Of a DNA stretch of 64,000 bases, positions 10,773 to 21,715 are shown piece by piece. The notes beneath the pieces were generated by a model. It was given only the letters and a program-made list of their open reading frames with translations, was not told the DNA's origin and did not search any database. Location of the stretch: positions 3,392,001 through 3,456,000 of the forward strand of contig OZ220732.1 in NCBI GenBank assembly GCA_965116905.1, read 5' to 3'. Source of the DNA: Longimicrobiales bacterium. Its GTDB lineage: Bacteria; Gemmatimonadota; Gemmatimonadetes; Longimicrobiales; Gaopeijiaceae. The translations under genes were made by a program, and so were the position numbers. Numbering within the stretch: the stretch's first letter is position 1; each line of letters opens with the position of its first letter.

Positions 10773-11800
10773 CGCGTCCGCCGCCGCCAGGCGTCGATCA
10801 CCGCGCCCGCCTGCGCCTCGAGGGGCGCCGTCCCGTCGACCGACACGGCCCCGGGCCCCAGCTGGTGACGGAACCACGTGCGCTGCCGCCGGGCGTAGCG
10901 GCGGGTGGCCACCCGGATCCGCTCCTCCGCTTCGCGCAGGGTCATCTTACCGGCGAGGTGTTCGGCCACCTCCCGGTAGCCGACCGCGTTCATCCCGTGG
11001 TCGCCGGGGCGGTAGCCGTCCTCGATCAGGCGCGCCACCTCGTCCACGAGTCCGCCTTCCACCATGTCGCCGATACGCCGGCGGATGCGCTCGTCCAGCA
11101 CCTCCCGCGGGACCTCCAGACGGCAGACCATGCCGGGAAGGGCTTCACCCTCGGTGGGATGTCGGCCATGCCACCAGGATAGATTATGACCCGTCAGGAT
11201 AGTGATTGACAGTACTCTGAGCATGCGCTGGTATCCCCCCGCGATCGCAACCTCGGCGCGGTCGGGATCGAATCTGCGCACCCAGCGCTCCAGTTCAGCG
11301 CGCGGGAGCCGGGCGAGCGCATCCTCGAGCGCGCGCCTTTCGGCAGGGTCCATGGGGGGCTCCCGGAAGAGCGGTTCGGTCAGCACGCGAAGGAAAAATC
11401 CGGTGCCGCCGGCCAGCACCGGCACGCGGCCCCTCCCCTCGATCGCGCCGATCCAGCGACGGGCGTCACGGCCGAATTCTCCCGCGCTGTAGCGCTGGTC
11501 CGGGTTGCGCAGGTCGAGGCCGTGATGCGGCACGAGGGTCCGCTCGGCGGGCGTGACCTTGGCCGTGCCGATGTCCATGCCGCGATAGATCTGCCGCGAA
11601 TCCAGCGAGATGATCTCACCGCCGAGCCTCCGCGCAACCAGGAGCGAGAGCGCGGTCTTCCCGGCGCCCGTGGGCCCCACGATCGCGAGGAAACGGGCGG
11701 GGGCACCGACAGGCGGGGCTTTGCCCGGCGGGGGTTCCTCGGGCGCGGCCGCGGCGGATGTCGGCTTCGCTGCCGCCCCGCTCCGTATCGCCGTCGTCAT
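10769..11800 (-). CDS. miaA: tRNA dimethylallyltransferase
   Basis: GPTGAGKT, DSRQIYRGMDIGTAK, GGTGFF, AVGYRE, TRRYARRQRTWF; exact start uncertain. Confidence 0.95.
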   Translation of the reverse strand: MTTAIRSGAAAKPTSAAAAPEEPPPGKAPPVGAPARFLAIVGPTGAGKTALSLLVARRLGGEIISLDSRQIYRGMDIGTAKVTPAERTLVPHHGLDLRNPDQRYSAGEFGRDARRWIGAIEGRGRVPVLAGGTGFFLRVLTEPLFREPPMDPAERRALEDALARLPRAELERWVRRFDPDRAEVAIAGGYQRMLRVLSITILTGHNLSWWHGRHPTEGEALPGMVCRLEVPREVLDERIRRRIGDMVEGGLVDEVARLIEDGYRPGDHGMNAVGYREVAEHLAGKMTLREAEERIRVATRRYARRQRTWFRHQLGPGAVSVDGTAPLEAQAGAVIDAWRRRTR

Positions 11801-13574
11801 GATCGGCCGAACTTGCGCCTGAGTTCGCCCAGGCCGAGCCTCACGATCGTCGGGCGGCCGTGGACGTCGTGGTACGGCAGTTCGGTCGCAAAGAGCTGGT
11901 CGAAGAGCTCCTGCATCTCGTCGTGCGAGAGGTCGCACCCGGCCTTGATCGCCGCTTTGCATGCGAAGCTCATCGCCACGCGCTCGTTCTGGTTGCGCGC
12001 GGAGTTCATCAGGTCGGAGCCGTGGGTGAGTTCGTGCAGCATCTCGCGCACGCACCGCTCCGCATCGAAGTACCGGTGGGGACTGGGGACCGCCTGCACG
12101 AGGATCGCGTCGTTTCCGAAGGGGGAGATTTCGAAACCGAGCGCCGCCAGCGGCTCGAGAATCGACTCGATGACTTCGACTTCCGGCTTCGTCAGGCGGA
12201 TCGCGATCGGAAAGAGCAGCCGCTGTCCCTCTGCGCCCCCGCGCTCGAAGCTCGCGATGATCCGCTCGTAGAGCACCCTTTCGTGCGCGGCGTGCTGGTC
12301 CACGATGATCAGGCCGTCCCGGGTCTCGGCGAGGATGAAGCTGTTGTGGACCTGGAGCAGCTCGGGACGCGGGGCCCGGCCGGCGGCGCCCTCCTCGGCC
12401 GGCGCGGAATCGCCTTCGCCTGGAGCCCCGCGTCGGAAGAGGTGCATCTGCGCGATGTCGTCCGCGGGATCGCCCGCACGGTCGCTCGCAGGATCGCCCG
12501 CACTGTCGCCCTCGAGGGTCGGGAAGCCCTCGCCCGTGCCCTCGCGGACGACATGAACCGGGCGCGGTCTGTCCAGGGTTGCCGCCGACTCGATTCCCTC
12601 CAGCGCCTTGCGGACGGAGGCCTCGACGAACTTCTCGATCCGGCTGCGGTCGCGGAAGCGGACCTCGGCCTTCCCCGGGTGCACGTTCACGTCCACCTCG
12701 CCCCCCGGCACGGTCAGGAACAGGAAGACCCACGGCCGCTTGTCCCGGGACACGGTGGTGCGGTACCCGCGGTCCGCCGCCCGGATGACCGCGGCGTCGC
12801 GGAACGGGCGCCCGTTAATGAAGAGGCCGGCGCGGCGGAAACCGGGCCGCGCCAGGTCGGGGCGCTGCACCACGCCGGCGAGCCGCATTCCCTGGTGCTG
12901 CGTGGACAGCGGCACGAGCCCCGCGTCCTCCGCGTCCTTCCAGGTCGCGCCGATCCGCGCAGCCAGAGAGCGGTCCGCCGGAAGGTCGAAGACGATGTCG
13001 CCGTTCACCTCGAAGATGAAGCGCGTGCCCAGATCGGCGAGCGCGAGCGCGTGGACCACCTCGGCGACGGCGCGCGTCTCCACCCGGGCGCTGCGCAGGA
13101 AGCGGGCGCGCACGGGCGTGTTCAGAAACAGGTTGCGCACGTCGACGGTGGTTCCCGGACGGCGCGCCGCGTCCTCGACCCCCTGGATCCGGCCGGCGAG
13201 CGACCGCAGCCGCGTGCCCGTCTCCTCGCCGTCCACCGCGGTCTCGACGACCATGCGCGACACCGCCGCAATCGATGGCAGCGCCTCGCCGCGGAAGCCG
13301 AGGGTGTGGATCTCCCGCAGGTCCTCGGCGTGCCGGATCTTGCTGGTGGCGTGCCGGTCCAGGCAGAGCAGAACGTCCTCGCGAACCATGCCGCAACCGT
13401 CGTCGGCCACGAGAATCCGCCCCTTCCCTCCCCTCTCGATCGACACCCGCACCACGCCCGCCCCCGCGTCCAGCGCGTTCTCGACCAGTTCCTTGACCAC
13501 CGAGGCCGGACGCTCGACGACTTCGCCCGCGGCGATCTGGTTCGCCACGTGGTCGGGAAGAACCCGGATCCGAT

Positions 13575-13578
<4 letters not shown>
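11797..13578 (-). CDS. mutL: DNA mismatch repair protein MutL
   Basis: NQIAAGEVVERPASVVKELVENALDAGA, HATSK, GFRGEAL, DVNVHP and DQHAAHER endonuclease motif, ACK, HGRP; GTG start with GGAGGA SD. Confidence 0.97.
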
Positions 13579-14387
<809 letters not shown>

Positions 14388-14391
14388 CCCG

Positions 14392-15351
14392 TTACACCGC
14401 CGCGGCCCTCCGCGCGGCACGCTGCTTCTTCTTGTCCTCGCCGGTGCCGTACCGCTTCTGGATTTCCAGCAGGGCCGGCGCGGCGATGAAGATGGACGAG
14501 TAGGTGCCGATCAGGACCCCGAGAATCAGCACCATCGTGAACGGGCGGATCACCCCGCCACCCAGCACGAGCAGCGACAGCAGCACGGCCAGCGTCGTCC
14601 CGGAGGTCAGCACCGTCCGGGGCAGCGTCTCGTTGATCGAACGGTTGACGAGCTTGTACGGATCCTCGCGCCGCCCGCCCTTCCTGTTGAGGTTCTCGCG
14701 GATACGGTCGAACACGACAATGGTGTCGTTCAGCGAGTACCCCAGGATGGTCAGGATGGCCGCGACCGTGGGCAGGGAGATCTCGACGCGGAAGAGCGCG
14801 AGCAGGCCCAGGGTGATGAGCATGTCGTGGGCGGTCGCGATCACCGATGCCACGCCGAAGCGCATCTCGAAACGGATCGCGATGTACATCAGCGTGAGCA
14901 CGAGCGAGAACATGATGGCGAGGCCCGCCCGCTGCTCGAGCTCGAGGCCGATCTTCGGTCCCACCAGCTCCCGCCGGACGACCTCGAAACCGTCCTCCCC
15001 GTACGCGGCCGCGATCTGCGCCGCGATGCCAGCAGCGACATCGTCGATATCCACGTCCGCGAGCCCGGCACGCACCACGAACTCGTCGTTGCCCTGCCCG
15101 AAACGCGTGATGGATGGAGCGTTGACCCCCCCGAGCGCCTCACGCAATTCGTCGTCGCTCGTGGGCTCCTCGAACCGGATGTGCACGAGGGCGCCGCTGG
15201 TGAAGTCGACGCCGTAGTTCTGCCAGGATCCGATGAGCGCGATGTTGAGGACCATCGCACCGATTCCGAGCGCCAGCAGGATGCCGGACAAGACGTACGC
15301 CTTCCGGCGCATGCTGATGAACTGGTATTTCGCTTCGTGAAAAAGCCACAT
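14392..15351 (-). CDS. secF: Protein translocase subunit SecF
   Basis: GVDFTSG, VGPKIG.EL, YIAIRFE, HD, GYSLNDTIVVFDRIREN, RTVLTS, GTYSSIFIA motifs. Confidence 0.97.
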   Translation of the reverse strand: MWLFHEAKYQFISMRRKAYVLSGILLALGIGAMVLNIALIGSWQNYGVDFTSGALVHIRFEEPTSDDELREALGGVNAPSITRFGQGNDEFVVRAGLADVDIDDVAAGIAAQIAAAYGEDGFEVVRRELVGPKIGLELEQRAGLAIMFSLVLTLMYIAIRFEMRFGVASVIATAHDMLITLGLLALFRVEISLPTVAAILTILGYSLNDTIVVFDRIRENLNRKGGRREDPYKLVNRSINETLPRTVLTSGTTLAVLLSLLVLGGGVIRPFTMVLILGVLIGTYSSIFIAAPALLEIQKRYGTGEDKKKQRAARRAAAV

Positions 15352-15378
15352 GGCTGTGCTGGTCCCTTGCCTTTGCTG

Positions 15379-17073
15379 CTAGATGCTGACGGGATCCGAG
15401 CCGCGCTTGCCCGACAGGTACATCAGGAAGAGCGTGCGGGTCACGTACAGGGCGGAGAAGAACGAGGCCACGATCCCGATGCAGAGCGTCACCGCGAAGC
15501 CGCGTACCGGCCCCGTGCCGAACTGGAACAGGATCAGCCCCGTGATCAGGGTCGTGAGGTTGGCGTCGACGATGGCGGACAGGGCGTTGCCGAAGCCCTC
15601 GTCCACCGCCGTGCGGGGCGCGCGGCGCGCCGCAAGTTCCTCGCGTATGCGTTCGAAGATCAGGACGTTGGCGTCCACGGCCATGCCGATCGAGAGGATG
15701 AGCCCCGCGATCCCGGGAAGCGTCAGGGTCGCGTTGAGCACGGCCAGTCCCCCGAGCACCAGAACCAGGTAGAAGCCGAGCGCGGTGATCGCCAGCATCC
15801 CCGCGACCTTGTAGTAGAGGATCATGACCACGATCACGAGGACGATCCCCACAATACCCGCGATCCTCCCCTGGTCCACGGAATCCTGTCCCAGCGAAGG
15901 CCCGACGGCGCGCTCCTCCATGATCCGGAGCGGAGCCGGCAGAGCACCGGCCCGCAGGACGAGGGCCAGATCCGTCGCCTCGCTCATGTCGGCGGTGCCG
16001 AGGTCGATCGAGCCCCGCGATCCGATCCGGTCACGCACCACCGGCGCGCTGACGACCTCTCCGTCGAGTACGATCGCGATACGGTCGCCGATGTGGGCTC
16101 CGGTCAGCTGCTGGAACGCGCGTCCGCCGCGGCGGTTGAGTTCGAAGAGCACCTGCGGCTGGTTGAACTGCTGGTCGCGGTTGGCCGTGGCGTCATCGAG
16201 CTGGTCGCCGGTGAGGAACGGCTCCTCCTCGAGGACGTAGAGCTCGCGGTAGAAGCGTCCGCCGATGGGGATCGAGTCCCATCCCCACTGCAGGCTGACA
16301 TTCCTGGGCATCGCGCGCTGGAACTCCGGCAGTCCCATGAATTCGACCGCGGTCTCCATGTCGGCCGCATCGACCGTGTATGTGCCGACGTCGCCGCGGT
16401 TGAGGAGACCGGTGAACGGTCGGAGGTTGAGTTCCCCCTCCTCGGGCTGGGCGTCGACGGACTCGTCCTCGGCGGTGGTGGCGTCGGCCGTGGCTTCGCC
16501 CGCCGCGGGATCGCCCGTTGCCGGATCGCCCGCCGCTGCCGCGCTGTCAGCGGCCGTCGCCAGGGTATCCTCCGGGTCGCTGAACAGGAGCTGCTCGATC
16601 GAGGTGCCGGTTTCCGCGACCTCGGTGGCGCGGCCCATCTCGCGCAGCCCCTCCTCGCCGATGGCCGCGACGACGGCCCGGTCCAGTCGCTCCAGCGCCG
16701 GATCGATCTCGGTCGTCTCCAGGACCAGCTTCCACTCGAGGTACGCCTGCTGGTTGATGATCTCCTTGGCCCGGCTCTCGTCGTCCAGACCCGCGAGCTC
16801 CACGATGATCCGGTCCGCGCCGCTCTTCTGGATCAGCGGCTCTTCCACACCGAATTCGTCGACCCGCGTGCGGATGATCCGCTCGGCCCGGTCGATCGCG
16901 TCCGCGCGCCGTTCGGGCGTCAGGGTCTCATCCGGATCGTCGATCTCGAGGACGAGGTGAATCCCGCCCTGAAGGTCGAGGCCCAGCTTCAGACCCCTCG
17001 TCCACAGATAACCCGCCGAGAGGCCGAGCACCGCCAGAATGACGATGATCCGGCCCCGAAATGACTTTAGCAT
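15379..17073 (-). CDS. secD: Protein translocase subunit SecD
   Basis: LKLGLDLQGG, RVDEFGVEEP.IQ, IAIVLDG, LRAGALPAP, VGPSLG.DS, GMAVDANVLIFERIREE motifs. Confidence 0.97.
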   Translation of the reverse strand: MLKSFRGRIIVILAVLGLSAGYLWTRGLKLGLDLQGGIHLVLEIDDPDETLTPERRADAIDRAERIIRTRVDEFGVEEPLIQKSGADRIIVELAGLDDESRAKEIINQQAYLEWKLVLETTEIDPALERLDRAVVAAIGEEGLREMGRATEVAETGTSIEQLLFSDPEDTLATAADSAAAAGDPATGDPAAGEATADATTAEDESVDAQPEEGELNLRPFTGLLNRGDVGTYTVDAADMETAVEFMGLPEFQRAMPRNVSLQWGWDSIPIGGRFYRELYVLEEEPFLTGDQLDDATANRDQQFNQPQVLFELNRRGGRAFQQLTGAHIGDRIAIVLDGEVVSAPVVRDRIGSRGSIDLGTADMSEATDLALVLRAGALPAPLRIMEERAVGPSLGQDSVDQGRIAGIVGIVLVIVVMILYYKVAGMLAITALGFYLVLVLGGLAVLNATLTLPGIAGLILSIGMAVDANVLIFERIREELAARRAPRTAVDEGFGNALSAIVDANLTTLITGLILFQFGTGPVRGFAVTLCIGIVASFFSALYVTRTLFLMYLSGKRGSDPVSI

Positions 17074-17185
17074 GTGCGTCCTGACCCCTTCGTGAACCCT
17101 CGGCGACCGCAGGCGGGCGAGGGCTGCGCGCTCGCGCCCGCGATGACGGCGTCGCAAGCCGCAACCGTCGCGACGCCAGCATGGG

Positions 17186-17214
17186 AAGTTGGCCCGCCGC
17201 GCCGGGAGTGTCAA
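17186..17214 (-). promoter_or_regulatory. Putative sigma70 promoter of the secDF operon
   Basis: TTGACA-N17-CAACTT on the minus strand about 110 nt upstream of secD. Confidence 0.4.
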
Positions 17215-17291
17215 TCATTTTGCGCTTTGTCGGCCGGGTTCCGTCCCGGCCTGGACTTCACTCTTCGTAGGCGACGCCGGGAAAGTGTCAG

Positions 17292-18566
17292 TCAGGGCAT
17301 CTCGGAGCCCGCCGGGGCATCGGCCGGGGCCGCGGGGGCCGGAGTGTGGAGGTCGTACATGACCGCTGTCTCGATGCCGAGTTCGTCGCTGTGAACGCCA
17401 AGCCAGTAGTCCTCGCCGAACTCGAAGGTGCTGAGCCCGCTTTGGGCGCTCTCCAGATGGCAGAGAAAGCTGCCGTCCGGCTCGAACCCCATCCACCGGA
17501 CCCGGTCGGCGCGCGGCCGCTGGTAGGGCAGCACCCAAAGTCGGCCGTCGCGGCCGATCATGACCTTGGACATCGACGGGAATTGATCGGCAACCGGGAC
17601 CTCGGGATCAATGATCGCTTCCTCGCGCTCGCTCCACTCCGGCGAATCGCGGCCTCCGCGGCTTTCGATGTACTCATCTCGCCACGCCTGGACATCGGCA
17701 CCCGTGACATCCCGGTCGGGGTCGGACCACCTGACAATGCGCCGCAGTCGGAACCCGTCGTCCAGCAGCCTGACCTCCGTGTCCCGACCCACCGCAATTG
17801 CGATTGTGCGACCCCCGGCGTCTACGAGGGGTGATGGCGCAAAGATCGGTCGACGAACCAGGCCCGCTCTCTCCGAAATCTGAATCCGGCCTGCGGGACT
17901 CGTCGGGAGGCGGGCAAGCGTGCCCATCATTCGCCCGCCCGCGTCGTGAAGCTCGACGACGAGGGTGTCCGGGGTAGAGAAGTCGTCACGCCGACTGCTC
18001 CTACGCTCCGTCGTGTTGATCGAAAGACCGTTGTCCAGCACGCCGCCCCAGCGCGAAGGACTCGGATAGACGGGATCCAGTCGGGCGGTGCGGACCCAAT
18101 CGCCCGACGCCGTAAAGACCTGGTACCTCCAGGGACGGTAGTCGCCAACCCACAGCGTGTCGCCTGGAAGGATCCAGAGTTTCCACGCGTCGTTGAACTC
18201 GCCAGGCCCCTCTCCCGGCCGTCCCATCGAACGCAGATGCCGACCCGTCTCATCGAAGATCCGGATCTCGGCGCTGGTCCGGTCAACCACGGCCACCGAG
18301 CCGTCCGAGAGGCGTCCCACGCCACGGATGTAACTGAACCAATGCGCCTCGTCGTTTTCGTTGTCGCCGACCCTGAAGATGGGTTCCGCCCCGAGCGAAC
18401 AGACCGCGTCGGAGTTCAACGGATCGCTGGTGACGACCTCTACCCCGGCGCTGTCGATGGCGATCGTGGTGGCCGGCCCGGAGGAGGCGTCGCAGGCACC
18501 GAGGAGTGCGAGGACGGCGGGAAGAAGCGGGACGGGGACGGAAAAGGGGACCGGTCGACGGTTCAT
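17292..18566 (-). CDS. 6-bladed beta-propeller (NHL-like) lipoprotein
   Basis: MNRRP...LLGAC lipobox; DSAGVEVV and IRIFDETGRHLRSMGRPGEGPGEF motifs; the upstream part of the track ORF is shadow sequence. Confidence 0.8.
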   Translation of the reverse strand: MNRRPVPFSVPVPLLPAVLALLGACDASSGPATTIAIDSAGVEVVTSDPLNSDAVCSLGAEPIFRVGDNENDEAHWFSYIRGVGRLSDGSVAVVDRTSAEIRIFDETGRHLRSMGRPGEGPGEFNDAWKLWILPGDTLWVGDYRPWRYQVFTASGDWVRTARLDPVYPSPSRWGGVLDNGLSINTTERRSSRRDDFSTPDTLVVELHDAGGRMMGTLARLPTSPAGRIQISERAGLVRRPIFAPSPLVDAGGRTIAIAVGRDTEVRLLDDGFRLRRIVRWSDPDRDVTGADVQAWRDEYIESRGGRDSPEWSEREEAIIDPEVPVADQFPSMSKVMIGRDGRLWVLPYQRPRADRVRWMGFEPDGSFLCHLESAQSGLSTFEFGEDYWLGVHSDELGIETAVMYDLHTPAPAAPADAPAGSEMP

Positions 18567-18691
18567 ATCTGGTCTCTTGAATGAGCAGCAAGCCGGGGGC
18601 AGCGGCACCTGGCCGATCCAGCCATGTAGGTGCCCCGGATGTCGGCTCAGCTTGAAGCCCCAGTTACCGCCACGCAACCGTGGCACCCAAG

Positions 18692-18826
18692 CGGGGGCGG
18701 TCGCGTCGTGTGGGACGGGTGACGAACTCCTGAACCGCGTGCGGAGCCTGCCGAACGGTTGAAGGGGTCGCCGGCCGGGTGGGCGCAACTCACGCGGCAG
18801 AGGCATGACCCCACACGGTAGCCCCG
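18692..18826 (+). ncRNA. Candidate rod-shaped structured RNA (6S-like architecture, unassigned)
   Basis: Nested helices ggggc/gcccc, cgtgtggg/cccacacg, ccgcgtg/cacgcgg, gcctgcc/ggtgggc, cggttg/cggccg around a central bubble; G-U pairs favour the + strand. Confidence 0.3.
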
Positions 18827-18854
18827 GCACGCCAGCGTCCCTACTCTGGGACGC

Positions 18855-20288
18855 ATGTGCTCCTCGAACATCGCCGGGCCCAGGCCGGCCGCCTTCGCCA
18901 CGGTGGCCATGTGCGCGGTCCTCGCCGGGCTCGCCCTGGCCGCTCTCCCGCAGGCGGCCCCTGGTGGGGACGGGGCAGGTCGTGCGGATTCGGGGGCCGC
19001 GATGGCGGACATCGCGCTTCCCTCCCCCACCGACACCACCCTTGCGATCACCTTCCTCAACGTGGGTCAGGGGGACGCGGTACTGATCCGTGCGCCGGAG
19101 GGCCAGACGGCGCTCGTCGATGCGGGGCGCGGCGACATCGTTCCGCTGCTGCGCGAGATGGGCGTGGACGGGATCGATCTGCTGGTGGCGACGCATCCGG
19201 ATGCGGACCATATCGGGGGGATGGCGGACGTGATCGGGTCGATGCCCGTGCGGTTCTTCATGGACAACGGGCAGCCCCACACGACGGCGACGTACCGTCG
19301 GCTGCTGGCGGCGCTCGAGGCCAAGCCGGAGATCACGTACCTGGAGGCGGTTCCGCGGACGATCTCGCTGGGGAGCGCCGAGATCGAGGTGCTGCCGCTG
19401 CTGCCGCGGGCGACTGCGGATCGGAACAACCGCTCGGTGGCGCTCATCGTGCGGTTCGGGAGCTTCACGGCGCTGCTGAGCGGCGATTCTGGGGTGCGGC
19501 AGCTGACACATCTGGTCGGCCAGGGCGCCGTTCCCGCGCTGACGCTGCTGAAAGCGCCGCATCATGGCAGCGACAATGGGTTCACGTGGCCGTTTCTGGA
19601 GGCCGCGCGGCCCGAGGTCGTGGTGATTTCGGTGGGCCGGAACGGCTATGGGCATCCGCGGCCGGCAGCGCTGCGGGCGTATGCCGAGGTGGGGGCGGCG
19701 GTGCTGCGGACGGACCAGGCCGGGCATGTCGCGATTCTCGGGTATGAGCATGGGGACTTCGGGGTTGTGCGCGGGGAGCAGGTGGCATTGGTGATGCGGG
19801 CGAGTGGGGAGCGGAACGGGATCGGGGGTGCGGTGGTCGCGGAAGCGGAGGCTGTGGTTGGCGCGGGGGCGGCGGGGGGCGTGGCGGAACGGGCGGGGGC
19901 GGCAGGCACGAACGCGGCGGGCGCGGCGGGCGCGGCAGGCGTGACTGCAGCCGGTAGCGGCGCGGACCTCAGACTCAGCGTCTACGCCGATGCGCCGGGC
20001 AACGACAACCGCAATCCCAACGGCGAGTACGTCGTGATCCAGAATCTCGGGGCGGTGGCACAGGCCATCGGCGGGTGGAGTTTGTGCGACCTGGCGAACC
20101 ACTGCTTCGAGTTCCCCGCGGGCGCGGTTCTGGCGGCCGGTGGGACCATCACGCTCTACAGCGGGCAGGGCCGCTCCGACGGCAGCCGATATTACATGGG
20201 CTATCGCAGGGCCGTGTGGAACAACGGCGGGGACACCGCAACACTGTACGACGAACGGAGGGCGGTCGTGGTCGCCTACAGGTATTGA
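18855..20288 (+). CDS. Secreted ComEC/Rec2-like metallo-beta-lactamase fold protein with C-terminal lamin-tail domain
   Basis: LNVGQGDA, LVDAG, THPDADHIGG, NNRS, LSGD, HHGS, N.YGHP; Ala/Gly linker; NGEYVVIQN..GGWSL.D...VWNNGGDTATL lamin-tail domain; start may be 18910. Confidence 0.85.
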   Translation: MCSSNIAGPRPAAFATVAMCAVLAGLALAALPQAAPGGDGAGRADSGAAMADIALPSPTDTTLAITFLNVGQGDAVLIRAPEGQTALVDAGRGDIVPLLREMGVDGIDLLVATHPDADHIGGMADVIGSMPVRFFMDNGQPHTTATYRRLLAALEAKPEITYLEAVPRTISLGSAEIEVLPLLPRATADRNNRSVALIVRFGSFTALLSGDSGVRQLTHLVGQGAVPALTLLKAPHHGSDNGFTWPFLEAARPEVVVISVGRNGYGHPRPAALRAYAEVGAAVLRTDQAGHVAILGYEHGDFGVVRGEQVALVMRASGERNGIGGAVVAEAEAVVGAGAAGGVAERAGAAGTNAAGAAGAAGVTAAGSGADLRLSVYADAPGNDNRNPNGEYVVIQNLGAVAQAIGGWSLCDLANHCFEFPAGAVLAAGGTITLYSGQGRSDGSRYYMGYRRAVWNNGGDTATLYDERRAVVVAYRY

Positions 20289-20338
20289 GCGGGCGAGGCG
20301 GGGCCGCAGGGGGCGGCGGGGCCGAAGGGCGCGGAGGA

Positions 20339-20614
20339 ATGCCGGTGACGCGGATCTGGGTGGTGGACCGCGTGGAGCCGCCGATGGCCGTCGTGGTCGC
20401 GGACGACGACGAGCGGCAGGTGGACGTGCCGCTGGCCCGGCTGCCGGCCGGTGCGCGGGCGGGTGCGGTCCTGCGCGTGCCGGAGACTGACGAGGGGCCG
20501 GACTGGGAGGCCGCGAGGGTGGACGAGGAACTGCGGCGGGCCCGCCTGCAGGAGGCGGAGGCCGCCCTCGACCGGCTGCGCCGCCGGGATCCAGGCGGCG
20601 ACATCGTGCTGTAG
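20339..20614 (+). CDS. DUF3006-like small protein
   Basis: VVDRVE...AVV...VPLARLPAGARAGAVL...DEE..RAR......LDRL; GGAGG SD; usual partner position after the MBL gene. Confidence 0.75.
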   Translation: MPVTRIWVVDRVEPPMAVVVADDDERQVDVPLARLPAGARAGAVLRVPETDEGPDWEAARVDEELRRARLQEAEAALDRLRRRDPGGDIVL

Positions 20615-20626
20615 CCCCGGCTGGGG

Positions 20627-21205
20627 TCAGGTGGGGCCGGCGGATTCCCGGTCGCGAAGGAGCAGCGCGGAAGCCACGCAGATGAACGATGCGACCCAAA
20701 CCCAGTAGCCGACGCGCAGGTGGCCCATACCGTCCCGCCAAAAGTGGGGCCAGCCGAACAGAGCCGACAACGCCCAGTAGAGGTTGAGCACCGCCGCACC
20801 TGCCACCAGCCGGAGCAGCCAGCGGCTCTCTGGAGGCCGCACGCCTCCCAGCTTCAGGAAGGTCAGCAGAATCAGAAGGTTGCTGAGCCCGCTGAGCACG
20901 GCGACGAGATCCTCCACGGAGGACATCGCAGTGACGAGGAGAATCGCCATGAAGGCGGCCTCCCAGCCAGGGACCCCTGGGCGGCGTTCAGCCGGCTCCT
21001 CGGCGCCCCCGGTATCGGCGGGTTGAACCGGCTCGGGGTCCGCGGTTTCCGTGAACGCCGGTGGCGGGGGTGGCGGGGGTGGCGGTAGGCGTGGGCCTAA
21101 CGGGGGTACAGCCGTCGCCGGCAACACGAACGACACCGCGAACATCGCCCATCCCGCAAGCAACAGGCGCCGCCAACTCCTGACCATGCGCTCCACCACT
21201 GACAT
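20627..21205 (-). CDS. Hypothetical membrane protein with Pro-rich loop; paralogue of the C-terminal domain of 21708-22373
   Basis: GGAGG SD; 4-5 hydrophobic helices; aligns motif by motif with 21708-22373. Confidence 0.75.
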   Translation of the reverse strand: MSVVERMVRSWRRLLLAGWAMFAVSFVLPATAVPPLGPRLPPPPPPPPPAFTETADPEPVQPADTGGAEEPAERRPGVPGWEAAFMAILLVTAMSSVEDLVAVLSGLSNLLILLTFLKLGGVRPPESRWLLRLVAGAAVLNLYWALSALFGWPHFWRDGMGHLRVGYWVWVASFICVASALLLRDRESAGPT

Positions 21206-21310
21206 GGCGACCTCCCGCGAGACATGAAGTCCTCCCCGAAGGACTACGGCCTGCGGTAGGCGAACGCAACCCGGTTGCCTCCTTGTCCCGCCGGCCGCCT
21301 TCCTATACAT

Positions 21311-21326
21311 TGTACCTCAAGGTACA
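21311..21326. promoter_or_regulatory. Palindromic putative PadR operator in a divergent promoter region
   Basis: TGTACCT-ca-AGGTACA perfect inverted repeat in an AT-rich patch. Confidence 0.5.
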
Positions 21327-21373
21327 TTGCAGATCAAGGCAACCGGCGCGGTCGAGGTGAAGAAGGGGTCAGG

Positions 21374-21715
21374 GTGAAGAAATCGATTTCCAAGGAACTC
21401 GTGGCCGCCTCGTCGCGGCCGATGGTGCTTTCGATCCTGGCGGGCGGCGAGAGCTACGGCTACGAGATTCTTAAGCAGGTGAAGCTGCTCTCGGACGGAG
21501 AGCTGCAGTGGTCGGACGGGATGCTGTACCCGGTCCTGCACCGGCTGGAACGCGACGGGCTGATCGCCGGCCGGTGGCAGCTGACCGAGGCGGGACGGCG
21601 GCGGAAGTACTACCGGCTCACCAGCCGCGGCAAGGGCCAGCTGGCGAGTGACCGGCAGAACTGGCGAGCCGTGCATGGGGCGCTCGAGATGTCCTGGGGA
21701 GGCAGCCATGTTTGA
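21374..21715 (+). CDS. PadR family transcriptional regulator
   Basis: VLSILA.GESYGYEI, GMLYPVLHRLERDGLI, RRKYYRLT..G motifs. Confidence 0.92.
   Translation: MKKSISKELVAASSRPMVLSILAGGESYGYEILKQVKLLSDGELQWSDGMLYPVLHRLERDGLIAGRWQLTEAGRRRKYYRLTSRGKGQLASDRQNWRAVHGALEMSWGGSHV

Noticed and set aside
18567..20741. N-terminal extension of the 1149-aa minus ORF
   Set aside because: Antisense to the MBL and DUF3006 genes; the real gene starts at the lipoprotein signal at 18566
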